A stretch of DNA of 64,000 bases from a virus: positions 4,496 through 68,495 of the IMG/VR virus record IMGVR_UViG_3300036900_000443; one strand, 5' to 3'. The notes beneath the pieces are model-generated. The model was not told the origin of the DNA. It worked only from the letters and a program-made list of their open reading frames with translations, and made no database searches. The position numbers and the translations under genes were made by a program. Within the stretch, counting starts at the first letter, position 1. Each line of letters starts with the position of its first letter. Below, piece after piece: positions 29,711 to 39,728 of this stretch.

Positions 29711-29962
29711 TAACACGATGTGAATATTGTTTTCGTGCGCATTGTTCTACGAATCCTGCGCACAGCGTGACGCCACGTTACGGACGCTGCGAACAACAGC
29801 GGCATACAGGAGTGGTGTTGTTCTTACCACTCCGCCCACGTCCGAGGGCGTCCGGCCGCCCTCGGGCACCTCGCCGTTTTGTCACATATCACTAAAGAAC
29901 GCATCACATAGGACCGAATAGGACCTGGTACGTACGGAAACAGCTAGCCAGTGTACGGAAAC

Positions 29963-29990
29963 TTGACAGATCCAAAAGCAGGGTAATGAT
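29963..29990 (+). promoter_or_regulatory. Possible early sigma70-type promoter
   Basis: TTGACA at 29963 with a weak -10 (TAATGAT), directly after two GTACGGAAAC repeats and upstream of the first early gene. Confidence 0.4.
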
Positions 29991-30042
29991 GGGATTTCAG
30001 CCGGACAGCCACCAGGCAGCCGGTTGGGAAACGGAAACACAC

Positions 30043-30276
30043 ATGGAATACATCGAATACGGCTTAGCATGCGACGACTGCGTTGTCGCGATAGCCAACG
30101 ACGATTACACCGGCATGGACGAACGCCAAGAACGCGCCACCCGTGCCGCCCTGAAACAGCTGGCACACCTCCAGATTCATCTGGTGGTTGGCGACGAGGT
30201 CGGCTATCAGTATCACCGCTGCAACGTTTGCGGCGGCCTGCCTGGCAATCGACACAAGGTCGGCTATCTCGAATAA
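30043..30276 (+). CDS. Early hypothetical protein (CxxC...CxxC)
   Basis: CDDC and CNVC; ACACAC-ATG start. Confidence 0.65.
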   Translation: MEYIEYGLACDDCVVAIANDDYTGMDERQERATRAALKQLAHLQIHLVVGDEVGYQYHRCNVCGGLPGNRHKVGYLE

Positions 30277-30288
30277 AGGAACACACAC

Positions 30289-30558
30289 ATGACACAAATG
30301 GAACAAACCATCACCCGCAACCTGCTCACGCATCAGGTTGGTTATCAAATCTTCTGCCCACGCTGCCAGGCTGTGCTGGACGTTCGCTCCGCCGTGAGCC
30401 TGGACGTCTACGACGGCGAAAAACTAGCAGCCACAAAAGCCTTCTGCGCCAAGTGCTGGGCGAAACAAGGCGCCGGCATCACCGAGCGACTCGAGACCAA
30501 GGGATTAACCGTAAAAATAACCGACGGCCGCACGCTCTTCACGGAGAAACGAGTATGA
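30289..30558 (+). CDS. Early hypothetical zinc-binding protein
   Basis: CPRC...CAKC; AAGGA-ACACACAC-ATG start. Confidence 0.65.
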   Translation: MTQMEQTITRNLLTHQVGYQIFCPRCQAVLDVRSAVSLDVYDGEKLAATKAFCAKCWAKQGAGITERLETKGLTVKITDGRTLFTEKRV

Positions 30559-30773
30559 GTAAAACCGATCAAGAGCGCATCGTGCGCGAGCTCTTGAACG
30601 GCGCCCGCACCGCGCTGCTCCAAAAGCTACCAAATATCCCAGACGGCTGGGATGGCCACGAACTGAGGCAGTGGGTAGCCGATTATTTCACCTGGCAAAC
30701 GACAGCGCTCCTGCGCTCCGACCGCCGGCGCTTAAGCGACTACAAACAAATGGTCCTTACACGCAACCTCTAA
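30555..30773 (+). CDS. Early hypothetical protein
   Basis: ATGA coupling; IPDGWDGHELRQW. Confidence 0.6.
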   Translation: MSKTDQERIVRELLNGARTALLQKLPNIPDGWDGHELRQWVADYFTWQTTALLRSDRRRLSDYKQMVLTRNL

Positions 30774-30854
30774 AGCCACGAAATCCGGTACGCAACAGGT
30801 AGGGCACTCATCGGTGCCTCTCCTGATGCAGATCGCATCAGAAAGCACACACAC

Positions 30855-31082
30855 ATGACACACACAGAAACTCCCGCCAGCTACAAGGCAGGCGTCAAGA
30901 CGGCCGGCGATACCGATTGGGTTTATAACGGCCTACGCTTCGCAACGGAGGAACAAGCCAAAGACTACGCCATCGATCTAGCTTGGCGCTGGACCTCCGT
31001 GAATGATTGGACCGTGACACCGTCCGATGAGCTCGTCAATTGCGACGCAAACGGCAGGCTGATCCGTACGGAGGCAAACTAA
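30855..31082 (+). CDS. Early hypothetical protein
   Basis: NGLRFATEEQA..YA.DL..RW; ACACAC-ATG start. Confidence 0.65.
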   Translation: MTHTETPASYKAGVKTAGDTDWVYNGLRFATEEQAKDYAIDLAWRWTSVNDWTVTPSDELVNCDANGRLIRTEAN

Positions 31083-31276
31083 TGGACTTCACGTTTGTCA
31101 ACTGCGGCAGCCTCTGGTTGCTGCAGCCCGAAACAGAAGCCGCCAACGATTGGGTGGCCGAGCACCTGCCCGAAGATGTCCTGACCTGGGGTTCTTCGAT
31201 CGCCGTCGAACCTCGCTATGTTGCCGACATCGCCGTCGGCATACAAAGCGACGGCTTAACAGTGGAAGCAGCATAG
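31082..31276 (+). CDS. Early hypothetical protein
   Basis: TAATG coupling; GS.WLL.P...A.DW...VEPRY. Confidence 0.6.
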   Translation: MDFTFVNCGSLWLLQPETEAANDWVAEHLPEDVLTWGSSIAVEPRYVADIAVGIQSDGLTVEAA

Positions 31277-31350
31277 CCGAGTAATCGAACCGGGAGCATC
31301 GCTGGAGCGCGGTGCCGACGGCCCGACGATTCGGGAGGAAAGACACACAC

Positions 31351-31854
31351 ATGCAAACTACCAAGCAACTCGCCTCGCCCGTCGGAGGCGAGCTCTCTGT
31401 CACTGCCACGGACGGCACACACGCACGCGTAACGTTCCGTAATGCCACCGTCTATCGCAACAATTGGGACGGCAGCTTTCACCTGCACAAAACCGCGGCC
31501 GGTTGGGCTCTCTGGAACCACCACAAAGACGGCAACCTGACCGCCACCACACCCTACGAACAGCGCTATCAGTGCCTGTATGTAAGCGGCAAGTGGAACG
31601 GCACGAAACACGTCGAAGCTTCGAATGCTGCTCGCGAGTCACTGCTTCAGAAGTTTACACCCCTGGCGATCGCCGCGCTCGATACCGAGCTGCTGCTCAC
31701 CGCCGAGTTCGAACACGTCCACAAAAAAATCGAGATTGCCCAAGCACGTCTCAAGCAACTAGCCGAAGAGGCTGCGGCTGAGCAGCGTAACCTGGATAAG
31801 CTCGGTGACCAGCTGTCCATTCTCATCACTCTCAGCAAGCGAGAGGTCGCCTAA
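31351..31854 (+). CDS. Early hypothetical protein with C-terminal coiled coil
   Basis: GGAGG and ACACAC-ATG start. Confidence 0.6.
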   Translation: MQTTKQLASPVGGELSVTATDGTHARVTFRNATVYRNNWDGSFHLHKTAAGWALWNHHKDGNLTATTPYEQRYQCLYVSGKWNGTKHVEASNAARESLLQKFTPLAIAALDTELLLTAEFEHVHKKIEIAQARLKQLAEEAAAEQRNLDKLGDQLSILITLSKREVA

Positions 31855-31902
31855 CATAGAACGGGGCGGCTTAGCCGGCCGCCCCCAGAATAGGGAACAC
31901 AC

Positions 31903-32130
31903 ATGAACTATTACTTCGCCTACATTGAAAACCGTACCGTCAGCCGGAAGCGTGGCGAAAGCGTAGGCAGCCGCTTCTGCGGGCACCACCACAACACCCG
32001 ACAGGAAGCTGAGCGCTGCTCGTACGAGCTCTGGCGCAAGGCATTCGGCAAGAACTTCGACGACATCGCAGTGCATAATCCCAACTACCGGCCGCGCACG
32101 CAGGAGGTGAAGGACGATGAGACAGACTGA
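31903..32130 (+). CDS. Early hypothetical protein
   Basis: CGHHHNT..EAERC; ACACAC-ATG start. Confidence 0.6.
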   Translation: MNYYFAYIENRTVSRKRGESVGSRFCGHHHNTRQEAERCSYELWRKAFGKNFDDIAVHNPNYRPRTQEVKDDETD

Positions 32131-32317
32131 ACTGTTTATCACCGGCCGGCCGGGCGCCTGGAAAATCGAAACACATACGCTCGACGGCGAAGCACGCAGC
32201 TATATCGATACCTGCGAACTGAGTGCCGACGAACTGCGCCAAGAGATTTGGAACTGGTACGGCGACAGCGTCGACCAAGTCACCATCAGTGAAGACGAAT
32301 CAGAAAATCTACCCTAA
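32117..32317 (+). CDS. Early hypothetical protein
   Basis: GGAGG RBS; overlaps the upstream gene. Confidence 0.55.
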   Translation: MRQTELFITGRPGAWKIETHTLDGEARSYIDTCELSADELRQEIWNWYGDSVDQVTISEDESENLP

Positions 32318-32332
32318 AGGAAAAACACACAC

Positions 32333-32572
32333 ATGAACACACAAGAAACCGACCGACTCCGGGCCATTCGCCAGGAGCTCTGCGAAATGGAGCAGGGCGA
32401 AGAGAAGCTGATCGAGAACCGACGAGTACGCCGGCTCAGTCAGAACCTCACGGAATTTGAACTAGTAGGCCTGAATGTACCACCGCAAGACCTCGCCGAA
32501 GCGGAGGCGCTGCTGAGCGATCCAACGCTAGCCGCCCCGTACGTGCGCCAGGAGGAGCAGCATGGCCTATAG
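32333..32572 (+). CDS. Early hypothetical protein
   Basis: AAGGA-ACACAC-ATG start. Confidence 0.55.
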   Translation: MNTQETDRLRAIRQELCEMEQGEEKLIENRRVRRLSQNLTEFELVGLNVPPQDLAEAEALLSDPTLAAPYVRQEEQHGL

Positions 32573-32780
32573 ACATATCCATCGAGCCATCACCGCCAAG
32601 TCAGAAGACAGAAGCTGGACTGCCTGCATTACTCCGGAGGAGTGCGCAGCATATCCAACGCGACAGAATGCGCACGGCAACATCGTGCGCGTAGATTGGT
32701 GCGATTGCGGCGCCCGCCGGCTCACCGAGATCAATCAGCACTGGCATAACCAAGGCCCCTGGATGGGAGCCGAGGAATGA
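32562..32780 (+). CDS. Early hypothetical protein
   Basis: GGAG RBS; AHGN...CDCGA motif. Confidence 0.55.
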   Translation: MAYRHIHRAITAKSEDRSWTACITPEECAAYPTRQNAHGNIVRVDWCDCGARRLTEINQHWHNQGPWMGAEE

Positions 32781-32977
32781 ATCCAATGATCGACGAACTA
32801 AAACGCTATTGGTTCCGACTGCTCTGCTTGGCGCTGGCAAGCGTAGCTGTCTGGTTCTCGTACGGATACCATCGCTACGCTGCCCTGCCCACCGTCAACG
32901 GCGTGCTCGATACGCGCACCGGCATTTGGATCAAACCTCACGTGGAAGATCGCAGCACGCCGGCACCGCAACGATAA
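32777..32977 (+). CDS. Small membrane protein
   Basis: Single hydrophobic helix followed by LDTRTG. Confidence 0.5.
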   Translation: MNPMIDELKRYWFRLLCLALASVAVWFSYGYHRYAALPTVNGVLDTRTGIWIKPHVEDRSTPAPQR

Positions 32978-33080
32978 GCACCCCGAAGAGAGCGCGTCGA
33001 GCGGGATACTACAAAACAACTAGTGAGCGGCGCCCCAAAGCGCCGCGCCTATTTCTAGAATATTTCCTCCCTGTTTGTCT

Positions 33081-33368
33081 TCAATCCCGCTCGGCTGCCA
33101 GCAAAAGCTGCAACACCTCCTTCAAATGATTCCGCTTCGACGAGGAGCGAACCAAGCGCATCAACCAAAATGCACACTCCCACTCCGCCGGCGTATGCGG
33201 CGCGTCCGCCCGCGTAGCAGCCCGGCGATCGCGCAGATAGTAACGTAATGCCCGGCGGATTAACTCCTCAACCGGTAACCCTTGCGCCGCGGCAAACGCC
33301 TTAATTCGATTGCGTTCTTCTCGCCGAATCCGAGCGCACGGCAAGCGTACGAATGTATTGTGTTTCAT
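33081..33368 (-). CDS. Ribbon-helix-helix-like transcriptional regulator
   Basis: ARIRREERNRIKAFAAAQGLPVEELIRRALRYYL; lone leftward gene with ACACAC-ATG start. Confidence 0.6.
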   Translation of the reverse strand: MKHNTFVRLPCARIRREERNRIKAFAAAQGLPVEELIRRALRYYLRDRRAATRADAPHTPAEWECAFWLMRLVRSSSKRNHLKEVLQLLLAAERD

Positions 33369-33810
33369 GTGTGTGTTGGCTCATCCGAATTACTTCTAGT
33401 TCTAGAACTACACCAGAACCACCCCCCACTCAGTACCATTGGCAAGATTGGCAAAAGTCCGCCAAATCAAGCGCTCGATAATCCGCCAAGAAATAATTAC
33501 AGGTCTGTTAGGGTTCGCTGTTGAATTCGTACTGGGACTAGCTTATGATTCAAAAATGAATACATGCCTGGGGGGCCGCTGAGCGCGAATCGTGTACCTG
33601 CCAGGACCTGATTTCAGTACAAAATGTCCCGTGAAAAACAGACCCATTCTGTTCTTTAAAGCAGTCAAACCTGCAGCCATGCGGCTGACCCCACCCCGAA
33701 CGCCCCCGCTTTTCGCAGACATTGGGAAAAAAATTGAGGTCCATCGAGCCTTAATGGGCCCCGCACTGCATTCCTCCCCAGATGTACCAACTAAAAACAG
33801 TAGAAAAAGC

Positions 33811-34104
33811 ATGAAAAAGAAACTCACTCGTGGTCCGATCTTGTTATCGAACCCTAATACACACCTCCCAGGCCTGCGGTCTGAAGAGGTGTCGGTATTC
33901 GCGTATCGTCCTGCCGCCAATGGGCAGCGTGCGCAATTCGTTAGCTGGCAAAACGATGTTCTGCAGAACCATGATTTCGAACATTTCATTCGCGCCTTTC
34001 CTGCCCTTCTCGAGCAGCACGTCGAGCACGCCAAGCCGCGCCGCAAGGCCGCCGTACGCGAGCTGCTCGCGGTGATCCGCCGCTATACCGGCACCTACAA
34101 ATGA
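33811..34104 (+). CDS. Hypothetical protein
   Basis: First gene of a coupled run (ATGA overlaps), divergent from the RHH gene. Confidence 0.45.
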   Translation: MKKKLTRGPILLSNPNTHLPGLRSEEVSVFAYRPAANGQRAQFVSWQNDVLQNHDFEHFIRAFPALLEQHVEHAKPRRKAAVRELLAVIRRYTGTYK

Positions 34105-34331
34105 GCCGGCGCCTATTGCGCCCCGGATGTCCTGGTGCTACCGATGCACAAAAGCAGACAGAATCTTTGCGCCAGGAGCTAAGCGCCATCAAAACCCTGC
34201 GCCGCTTGAGTGAGCTAAGCACCTCGCCGGCACTCCAAGCACATCACCACGAAATCGCCACGCGGCAAGAGCGTATCGAGCAAGAGTTGGCCGAGCGCCA
34301 CCGCCTGTGGCTCGAGAGCCGAGAACCATGA
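34101..34331 (+). CDS. Coiled-coil hypothetical protein
   Basis: ATGA coupling on both sides. Confidence 0.5.
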   Translation: MSRRLLRPGCPGATDAQKQTESLRQELSAIKTLRRLSELSTSPALQAHHHEIATRQERIEQELAERHRLWLESREP

Positions 34332-34609
34332 AGACCCTCTGGAGCTTTGCCTTGGGACATCCGATCGCCGGCGAAGCGGGATTGGAATTTGTGCAGCACG
34401 CAGGGCCGATGCCGGCCGAGCGCATCCGCCAGTTGGTAGGCGGAGACTACGAACTACTACCGCTGCGCGACAGCACCTGCCTCGCGCTACGCACAGAGCG
34501 TGAGGGATTAGAACCGAACCCGCACTACCCTGGCTTGACGGGGCCCATCCTGGTCGGCAAGCTGGTCGGGGAAGACTTCGTAGGAGTCCTCGGAATCGAA
34601 ACAGAATGA
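34328..34609 (+). CDS. DUF3846-like hypothetical protein
   Basis: QLVGGDYELLPL...EGLEPN....GPILV. Confidence 0.45.
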   Translation: MKTLWSFALGHPIAGEAGLEFVQHAGPMPAERIRQLVGGDYELLPLRDSTCLALRTEREGLEPNPHYPGLTGPILVGKLVGEDFVGVLGIETE

Positions 34610-34809
34610 AGACGGACGAAAGCGTAAAGAAATATTGGGTGAGTTGGAATAGTACGAGCGGACCGTGCACGGTGCAGGTAGACGTGAGCCCGCAAGGCAA
34701 CATCGTGTGGACGGCGCCACTACTCATGCGCTTCCGCGGACAGCCCTTCTCGCGCTTAGAAGCCTGGCTGAAACTTAATTTGTTCGATGCCCGCATCGAG
34801 CCACTGTGA
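34606..34809 (+). CDS. Hypothetical protein
   Basis: ATGA coupling; IVWTAP...F.GQ....L..W. Confidence 0.5.
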   Translation: MKTDESVKKYWVSWNSTSGPCTVQVDVSPQGNIVWTAPLLMRFRGQPFSRLEAWLKLNLFDARIEPL

Positions 34810-35090
34810 AGCCGCTCGAAAATCCGGCCGCCTTTAATGCCTGGCTCGAGAGCATGCTGCCCCGAGCGGTGGATCAAAGCATGGCCATGAGTCTCGGGAA
34901 GCTGCGTAAGACCTGCACGCAAGCCGTCCACTCGATTCAGGGGAAACTCCCCTGCAGCTATCCGCTCGAGCTGCAGGTGCCGGTAGCCTTTGCCTCCATC
35001 GGTGCGCTGTATAGCCGGCTCGGCTGGAAGCTGCCGCCTCCCAAGGAAATCTGGGACATCTTCGACGGCAAGAAGCCCATTCCCTGGTAA
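34806..35090 (+). CDS. Hypothetical protein
   Basis: GTGA coupling; followed by an inverted repeat at about 35107-35131. Confidence 0.45.
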   Translation: MKPLENPAAFNAWLESMLPRAVDQSMAMSLGKLRKTCTQAVHSIQGKLPCSYPLELQVPVAFASIGALYSRLGWKLPPPKEIWDIFDGKKPIPW

Positions 35091-35914
35091 ATCCATTCCC
35101 GTACAGAGCACCACCTAATCGGTGGTGCCCGTATTCTTTCTGTACAGGCTTGCTTCGATTCCGTACAAGGGTGTACAACAGCGTTGGTGGCATTTCACGG
35201 CGATCCTCAGGATGCAAAAGCTGGCACCCAGATGAGTAGACTTCCGTTCCAGCAAACAGGATTCGGTTTAGAAAGCGCCCGCATGTCTGACTGCCTTCCA
35301 GCCTTAAGCAGGACACTGGCAGGAGCGACGGACTTCTGTGTTGATGTAAACGCCCTCCTCGAATTGAAGGCCGACCGGGGAGAGGATAAGGCAGCGGGTA
35401 ATACCGATGGTCAGCTTCTATCAGGAGATGTATACAACAGAACGTGTCTTGCCGGCTACGCTCTCGCTGCCGGCAGCCTTGCTTCGCAGCTAGTGTCTAT
35501 CACGCTTTTAATCGCCGGTATATAGCACCGGCCTCTCTAGCTTCGAAGCATCGCCTCACGCTCTCGTCACGCTGTATACGCCTTCAAGGGCGGGACGCTG
35601 TCTTTTATTTTCTCGCCCTAGCAGAATTCCTAGCCGTATCAACGGTACCTAAATCCCCACAATTCTCTTCTATCGACGTGTTGATTCTGTTAGGCTTACA
35701 AGTGCAGAGTGTGATAATCGGGACCTATAGGGACCAATAGCAACCGAAATACGTACTGGATCCGTCTAGTCTTGTACAGAAACGAAAGACTAGATTAAAG
35801 TAAACAAAGCAGTAAACCAAACAAAACAAACGAGAGTACCAAACAACTGATTCCCGTGTCAGGGAGGAGCAAAGGATTGAGGGCACGGGGACCACTATAG
35901 GAGCAGAGATAGGA

Positions 35915-36214
35915 ATGGCTAGTCCAGCAAAGAAAGAAGAGTCGACAGAACTCCGCCGATGTTTGAATAAAGATGAAGCAGCCCGCTTCCTGGGCGTAAC
36001 GCGACGACTGCTGTCTGACTTGATTCGAACCAAACGCATACCTACCGTACGAGTATCTTCGGCGGTGGTCTTGCTCGAGATCAAAGAGCTCGACAAGTTT
36101 ATCGCCGACCACGCCACGTACGAAGTGCCGGCACCGCCGCATATACCGAAACGGAAAGCGGTAAAGCCACTCGTCAAGACGCGCTCGAAGCGAACCAAGG
36201 CTTTGAAGTTGTAG
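35915..36214 (+). CDS. Excisionase-like HTH (HTH_17) DNA-binding protein
   Basis: LNKDEAARFLGVTRRLLSDLI...IP.VR......ELDKFI. Confidence 0.75.
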   Translation: MASPAKKEESTELRRCLNKDEAARFLGVTRRLLSDLIRTKRIPTVRVSSAVVLLEIKELDKFIADHATYEVPAPPHIPKRKAVKPLVKTRSKRTKALKL

Positions 36215-36272
36215 GCTTTGGACTCGACGTGTGTACAGAAACGCTCCATACTAGGGGAGCGGAGAGTGGAAT

Positions 36273-36746
36273 ATGCTCCTGGCGGTCGACCCAGGGGAAA
36301 CGGTTTCGGGTCTGGCGGTTCTCGAAGAGGACGGCGGCATCGTGTCGTTAGCCGTACAGCCGAACCCAGAGCTGCTCACCGTACTACGTCACATTCATCC
36401 GCCGGCTGAGCCGCGGCAACTCGTGCTTGAGGAAGTCTCGAGCTACGGCATGCGCGTGGGGCGCAGTATCTTTCACACCATCTACTATTCCGGCCGGCTG
36501 TGGGAGGCCGCCACCGCGGCCGGCCTGGACGTCTTCTTAGTCCCCCGGATTGTGGTGCGTCGCAACCTCGCCGGTAAGCTCAACAGCGGGGACAAGGACG
36601 TACGACAAGCCGTCTTACGTCGTCGTCCCGAACTCGCTGGACATCCGGGCTTTGTCAGTCATGCTGTCCAAGCCCTTGGACTCGGGCTTGTGTTCCTTGA
36701 CTACTCGCGCATCGGAGACGCCGACCGTTTTCGTTCCGCCGCGTAA
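36273..36746 (+). CDS. RuvC-like Holliday junction resolvase
   Basis: N-terminal LAVDPG..SG, LVLEE and .DKDVR..V motifs. Confidence 0.75.
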   Translation: MLLAVDPGETVSGLAVLEEDGGIVSLAVQPNPELLTVLRHIHPPAEPRQLVLEEVSSYGMRVGRSIFHTIYYSGRLWEAATAAGLDVFLVPRIVVRRNLAGKLNSGDKDVRQAVLRRRPELAGHPGFVSHAVQALGLGLVFLDYSRIGDADRFRSAA

Positions 36747-36799
36747 GCTGTTAAACTAAAAGACGAACATCTTTCTAAACCGGATGTTTTCATGTGTGT

Positions 36800-36836
36800 G
36801 TCGGGCCGATCGGGCAACTGGTCGGCCTGACTGTTT
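36800..36836. terminator. Hairpin between convergent resolvase and primase-helicase genes
   Basis: GTCGGGCCGATC...GGTCGGCCTGAC stem followed by TGTTT. Confidence 0.45.
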
Positions 36837-38627
36837 CTAGAGCTCAAACGATTCGTCGTCATTGAGATTCACTTCCGGTAATTCCTCGAACGCTCCAATC
36901 TCTTTGTCGTAGGACAACGTGGTCTTGAGTCGCACGGGCTGCTCCCGAGCGAGCTCGTGCCAACGCAGCTTCCAGCAGTAGATGTCGGACAGACTCTGGG
37001 CGTGATCCTCGCGATCGACCGTCAATCCCACGTCGGCTTTAGCGCCCCAAGCGCTGGAACCCAAGATGTGCTGTCCGTTGGGGACGATATGTCCGTTGCG
37101 CTTCTGCGCCAGCGGCAGCTTCTGCGGATGTGCGATGACGACTAAAGCAATGTTCTCTTGTTGGGCGAAGAGTTTCAGTTGCGTCAAAGCGCTTGAGATC
37201 TGTGCCGACTCGTTGTGATAGCGATCGCTCGTCAAGTCGACGTAGTTCCAAGGATCGAGGACGACGATCTTGGCGTGTGTGCGCCGCAAGTTAGCACGTA
37301 ATTGTGCCAGGATGTTGGGAATCGTCGGCGGCGCCGACTCGGCCTGTGTGAAGTCGAGGAAGGTGAAGTGGTCCTGCATGCGCTCGATCTCGGCGCGGAT
37401 GCGATCGGCCGAGGGACGTTCAGCCATGGGAGAAAACAAGGGCAGCGAGGTCTCAAGCGAAATCAGCCGCAACACATGATACTCGGTGGGCACTTCGAAC
37501 GAGCAGAACACGCTGCGCCAGGAGTGCAGCTGCCAAGCCTGCCAGCACAAGTAATCGAGGAATACGCTTTTGCCGCTCGCCGGCCAGCCGGTCAGGATGA
37601 TCAGCAACGGCACCTGCCAGGAGAACAGGCTGTCGACCGAACGCAGGCCCGTGGTTAAGCCGGCGCGAGCTCCCTGCTGGTAGCGCAGCAGGATGCGGTC
37701 CATGATGTCAGAGGGGCGTAGGACGCTCGCGCTGACCTGCCGGGCTAGCGCGTCTCGGAGCAAGGCGCCCAGCGCTTCGCGGCCCTGCTCCATGAGCATT
37801 TGATTGGCATCCTTGATGCCCGCCGGGAAGGCCAGCCGGGTTGAGTTGGTAGCGGCATCTCGTAATTGCGTTGCGAGCGTATCGCCGGCCCCGTCGGCAT
37901 CGACGGCAATCAGTACGAACTTCGTCGTCAGCAGCTTGCGCAGCTCGGGAGCTGCCAAGTAGCGCGGCCGCGTCTGTTCGTTGCCAGCCGCCCCTGGACA
38001 CGAGAGTACGTTCTCGAGTCCAGCGTCGAGCACCGCCAGCCGGTCCATCTCGCCTTCGACGAGAATCAGCCAGTCGGGATCGGCCTTTACGCTCGCAATG
38101 TCGCTCACGATCGAAGGCGTCCCTAAGCGATACGAGAAGCGCTTGCTGTCGATATGGCGGTGCTTGGCGCCGACGACGAAGCCCGTCGGGTCAGTGACCG
38201 GAAACGACACCACCGCTTGACCCTGCTGGATTTCGATGGTGACGCCGGCCCGCTTCCAGGTTTCGCGACGAATGCCGCGGGTTTGTTCGAGCCAGGCCTC
38301 CGCGGTGTGGACAAGCTCCGAGTGCGAAGGCATGGGTTGATTCAGATCAAAGGGGTTCTTAGTCATAGGGGAAAAGCGTTTCGTGAAGGTTCGCGCTAAG
38401 CGCTCGGCGCCAGTGAGTTCGTCCCAACGTACGGCGCCGCTCGTGCCGCAGTGGTGGCAGTAGTACGTCAGCGTCTGGTCGTCACGCAGTACGGCCAAGT
38501 CGCGCTCGCGACTGTGCGCATGCCGGCGCGAGGGCCCGCATACGGGGCACGCCCAGCGACCACGCACTCCGGAGGACAGCCGGCCAAAGGCGTCCCACAA
38601 TACAGTTTCGAGTGCGAGTTCGAGCAT
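36837..38627 (-). CDS. Bifunctional primase-helicase (T7 gp4/Twinkle-like)
   Basis: Zn finger CPVC...CHHC; TOPRIM EGEMD, DADGAG, KDAN; Walker A GWPASGKS; DnaB-type VLDPWN and IAHP. Confidence 0.9.
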   Translation of the reverse strand: MLELALETVLWDAFGRLSSGVRGRWACPVCGPSRRHAHSRERDLAVLRDDQTLTYYCHHCGTSGAVRWDELTGAERLARTFTKRFSPMTKNPFDLNQPMPSHSELVHTAEAWLEQTRGIRRETWKRAGVTIEIQQGQAVVSFPVTDPTGFVVGAKHRHIDSKRFSYRLGTPSIVSDIASVKADPDWLILVEGEMDRLAVLDAGLENVLSCPGAAGNEQTRPRYLAAPELRKLLTTKFVLIAVDADGAGDTLATQLRDAATNSTRLAFPAGIKDANQMLMEQGREALGALLRDALARQVSASVLRPSDIMDRILLRYQQGARAGLTTGLRSVDSLFSWQVPLLIILTGWPASGKSVFLDYLCWQAWQLHSWRSVFCSFEVPTEYHVLRLISLETSLPLFSPMAERPSADRIRAEIERMQDHFTFLDFTQAESAPPTIPNILAQLRANLRRTHAKIVVLDPWNYVDLTSDRYHNESAQISSALTQLKLFAQQENIALVVIAHPQKLPLAQKRNGHIVPNGQHILGSSAWGAKADVGLTVDREDHAQSLSDIYCWKLRWHELAREQPVRLKTTLSYDKEIGAFEELPEVNLNDDESFEL

Positions 38628-38696
38628 GCCCGACTACGTTACGATACAGTACAACTCTGTACGGCAGCGATGAGTTTCAGCTCGCAATAATACCGC

Positions 38697-38725
38697 TTGA
38701 CACGCTTTCCGTCCAGCGCTACTAT
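38697..38725 (+). promoter_or_regulatory. Sigma70-type promoter for the recombination/middle operon
   Basis: TTGACA (38697-38702), 17-nt spacer, TACTAT (38720-38725). Confidence 0.75.
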
Positions 38726-38780
38726 CGGCTCCTAGCGGGACCGATCAGCTCCGTACAGGTTCCGGTCGAAGGTTACGAAT

Positions 38781-39728
38781 TTGCAGATCATCGATGATGT
38801 CGGCTTACCGCCGCCAGTCCTGGCCGCGCTCGATCGCAGCGAAAGCGAAGAGATCCCCGAGCAGTATGATTTCCGCGCTACTGCGTTGCTCGAGGCGCCG
38901 CAAATCCTGCAGCTGAAGCGCCTGCATCGGAACGAAATCAAAGCGGAAGCTTCCACTATGCTGTGGGCCATCTTCGGCAAAGGCATCCACATGGTCTTTG
39001 AGCTGGCCGGCTCGCCCGATGGCGAGTGGTTGCGCGAAGCTCGCATTTACCAGGAGCTTGATGGCGTCATCGTTACCGGACAGATGGATCTGCGCAAGCT
39101 CGAAAATGACTTGCTGCAGATTATCGACTACAAATTCACCAGTGCTTACGGGCTGGCCGACAAGATTCAGAAGTGGACTCAGCAGCTAAATGTGTATGCC
39201 TGGCTGTTGCGCCGCGAGACCAAGCAAGAGGTGGGTTCGGTCGCAGTGCTCGGGCTGTTCCGCGACTGGAACAAGCTGCAGGCCAGCCGCAACAAAGACT
39301 ATCCACAGAAAGCTTTTATGCTGATCGAGCTGCCCATCTGGCCGCAGGAGCAGACCGAAGCCTTTCTGCGCGAACGCATCCGGTTACATATCGAGGGCTG
39401 GGCCATGGCGGAACTGGGCTTGTTTCAAAATTGCACAGACACGGAGCGATGGGTCGAGAAGCGCTGGATTATCCGTAAGCCCGGTGCACAGAAGATCTTC
39501 CGCTCCGCGCAGAGCCAGCAGGAAGCCGAGGAGTGGGTGAAGGGACAGAAGAGCTCCGGCCAATTTCAGATCATTCCCACTCGCTCAGCACCGCGGCGCT
39601 GCGTGGGGAACTGGTGTCGCGTGGCGGAGTGGTGTCCGCAGTGGAAGCGGGAGCAGGAGTTTAAAGAAAAGCAAAAGGAGAACGGAGACAATGCCAGAAA
39701 AATCTTCGAGCTTGACGACGACGATTGA
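38781..39728 (+). CDS. PD-(D/E)XK exonuclease (RecB/Cas4-like fold)
   Basis: G.GIH, GQMDL, IIDYKFTS, QLNVY motifs and a C-terminal Cys cluster; adjacent to ERF. Confidence 0.8.
   Translation: MQIIDDVGLPPPVLAALDRSESEEIPEQYDFRATALLEAPQILQLKRLHRNEIKAEASTMLWAIFGKGIHMVFELAGSPDGEWLREARIYQELDGVIVTGQMDLRKLENDLLQIIDYKFTSAYGLADKIQKWTQQLNVYAWLLRRETKQEVGSVAVLGLFRDWNKLQASRNKDYPQKAFMLIELPIWPQEQTEAFLRERIRLHIEGWAMAELGLFQNCTDTERWVEKRWIIRKPGAQKIFRSAQSQQEAEEWVKGQKSSGQFQIIPTRSAPRRCVGNWCRVAEWCPQWKREQEFKEKQKENGDNARKIFELDDDD

Noticed and set aside
35100-35900. Protein-coding genes or a replication origin in this gap
   Set aside because: The ORFs lack convincing features. The AAAC-rich tract at about 35800-35850 is suggestive but gives no clear iterons.
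38781-39728. Cas4 as part of a CRISPR adaptation module linked to the RAMP-like gene
   Set aside because: It is about 5.7 kb away and overlaps ERF, the ordinary phage exonuclease-SSAP pairing; nothing in the sequence links it to the array.
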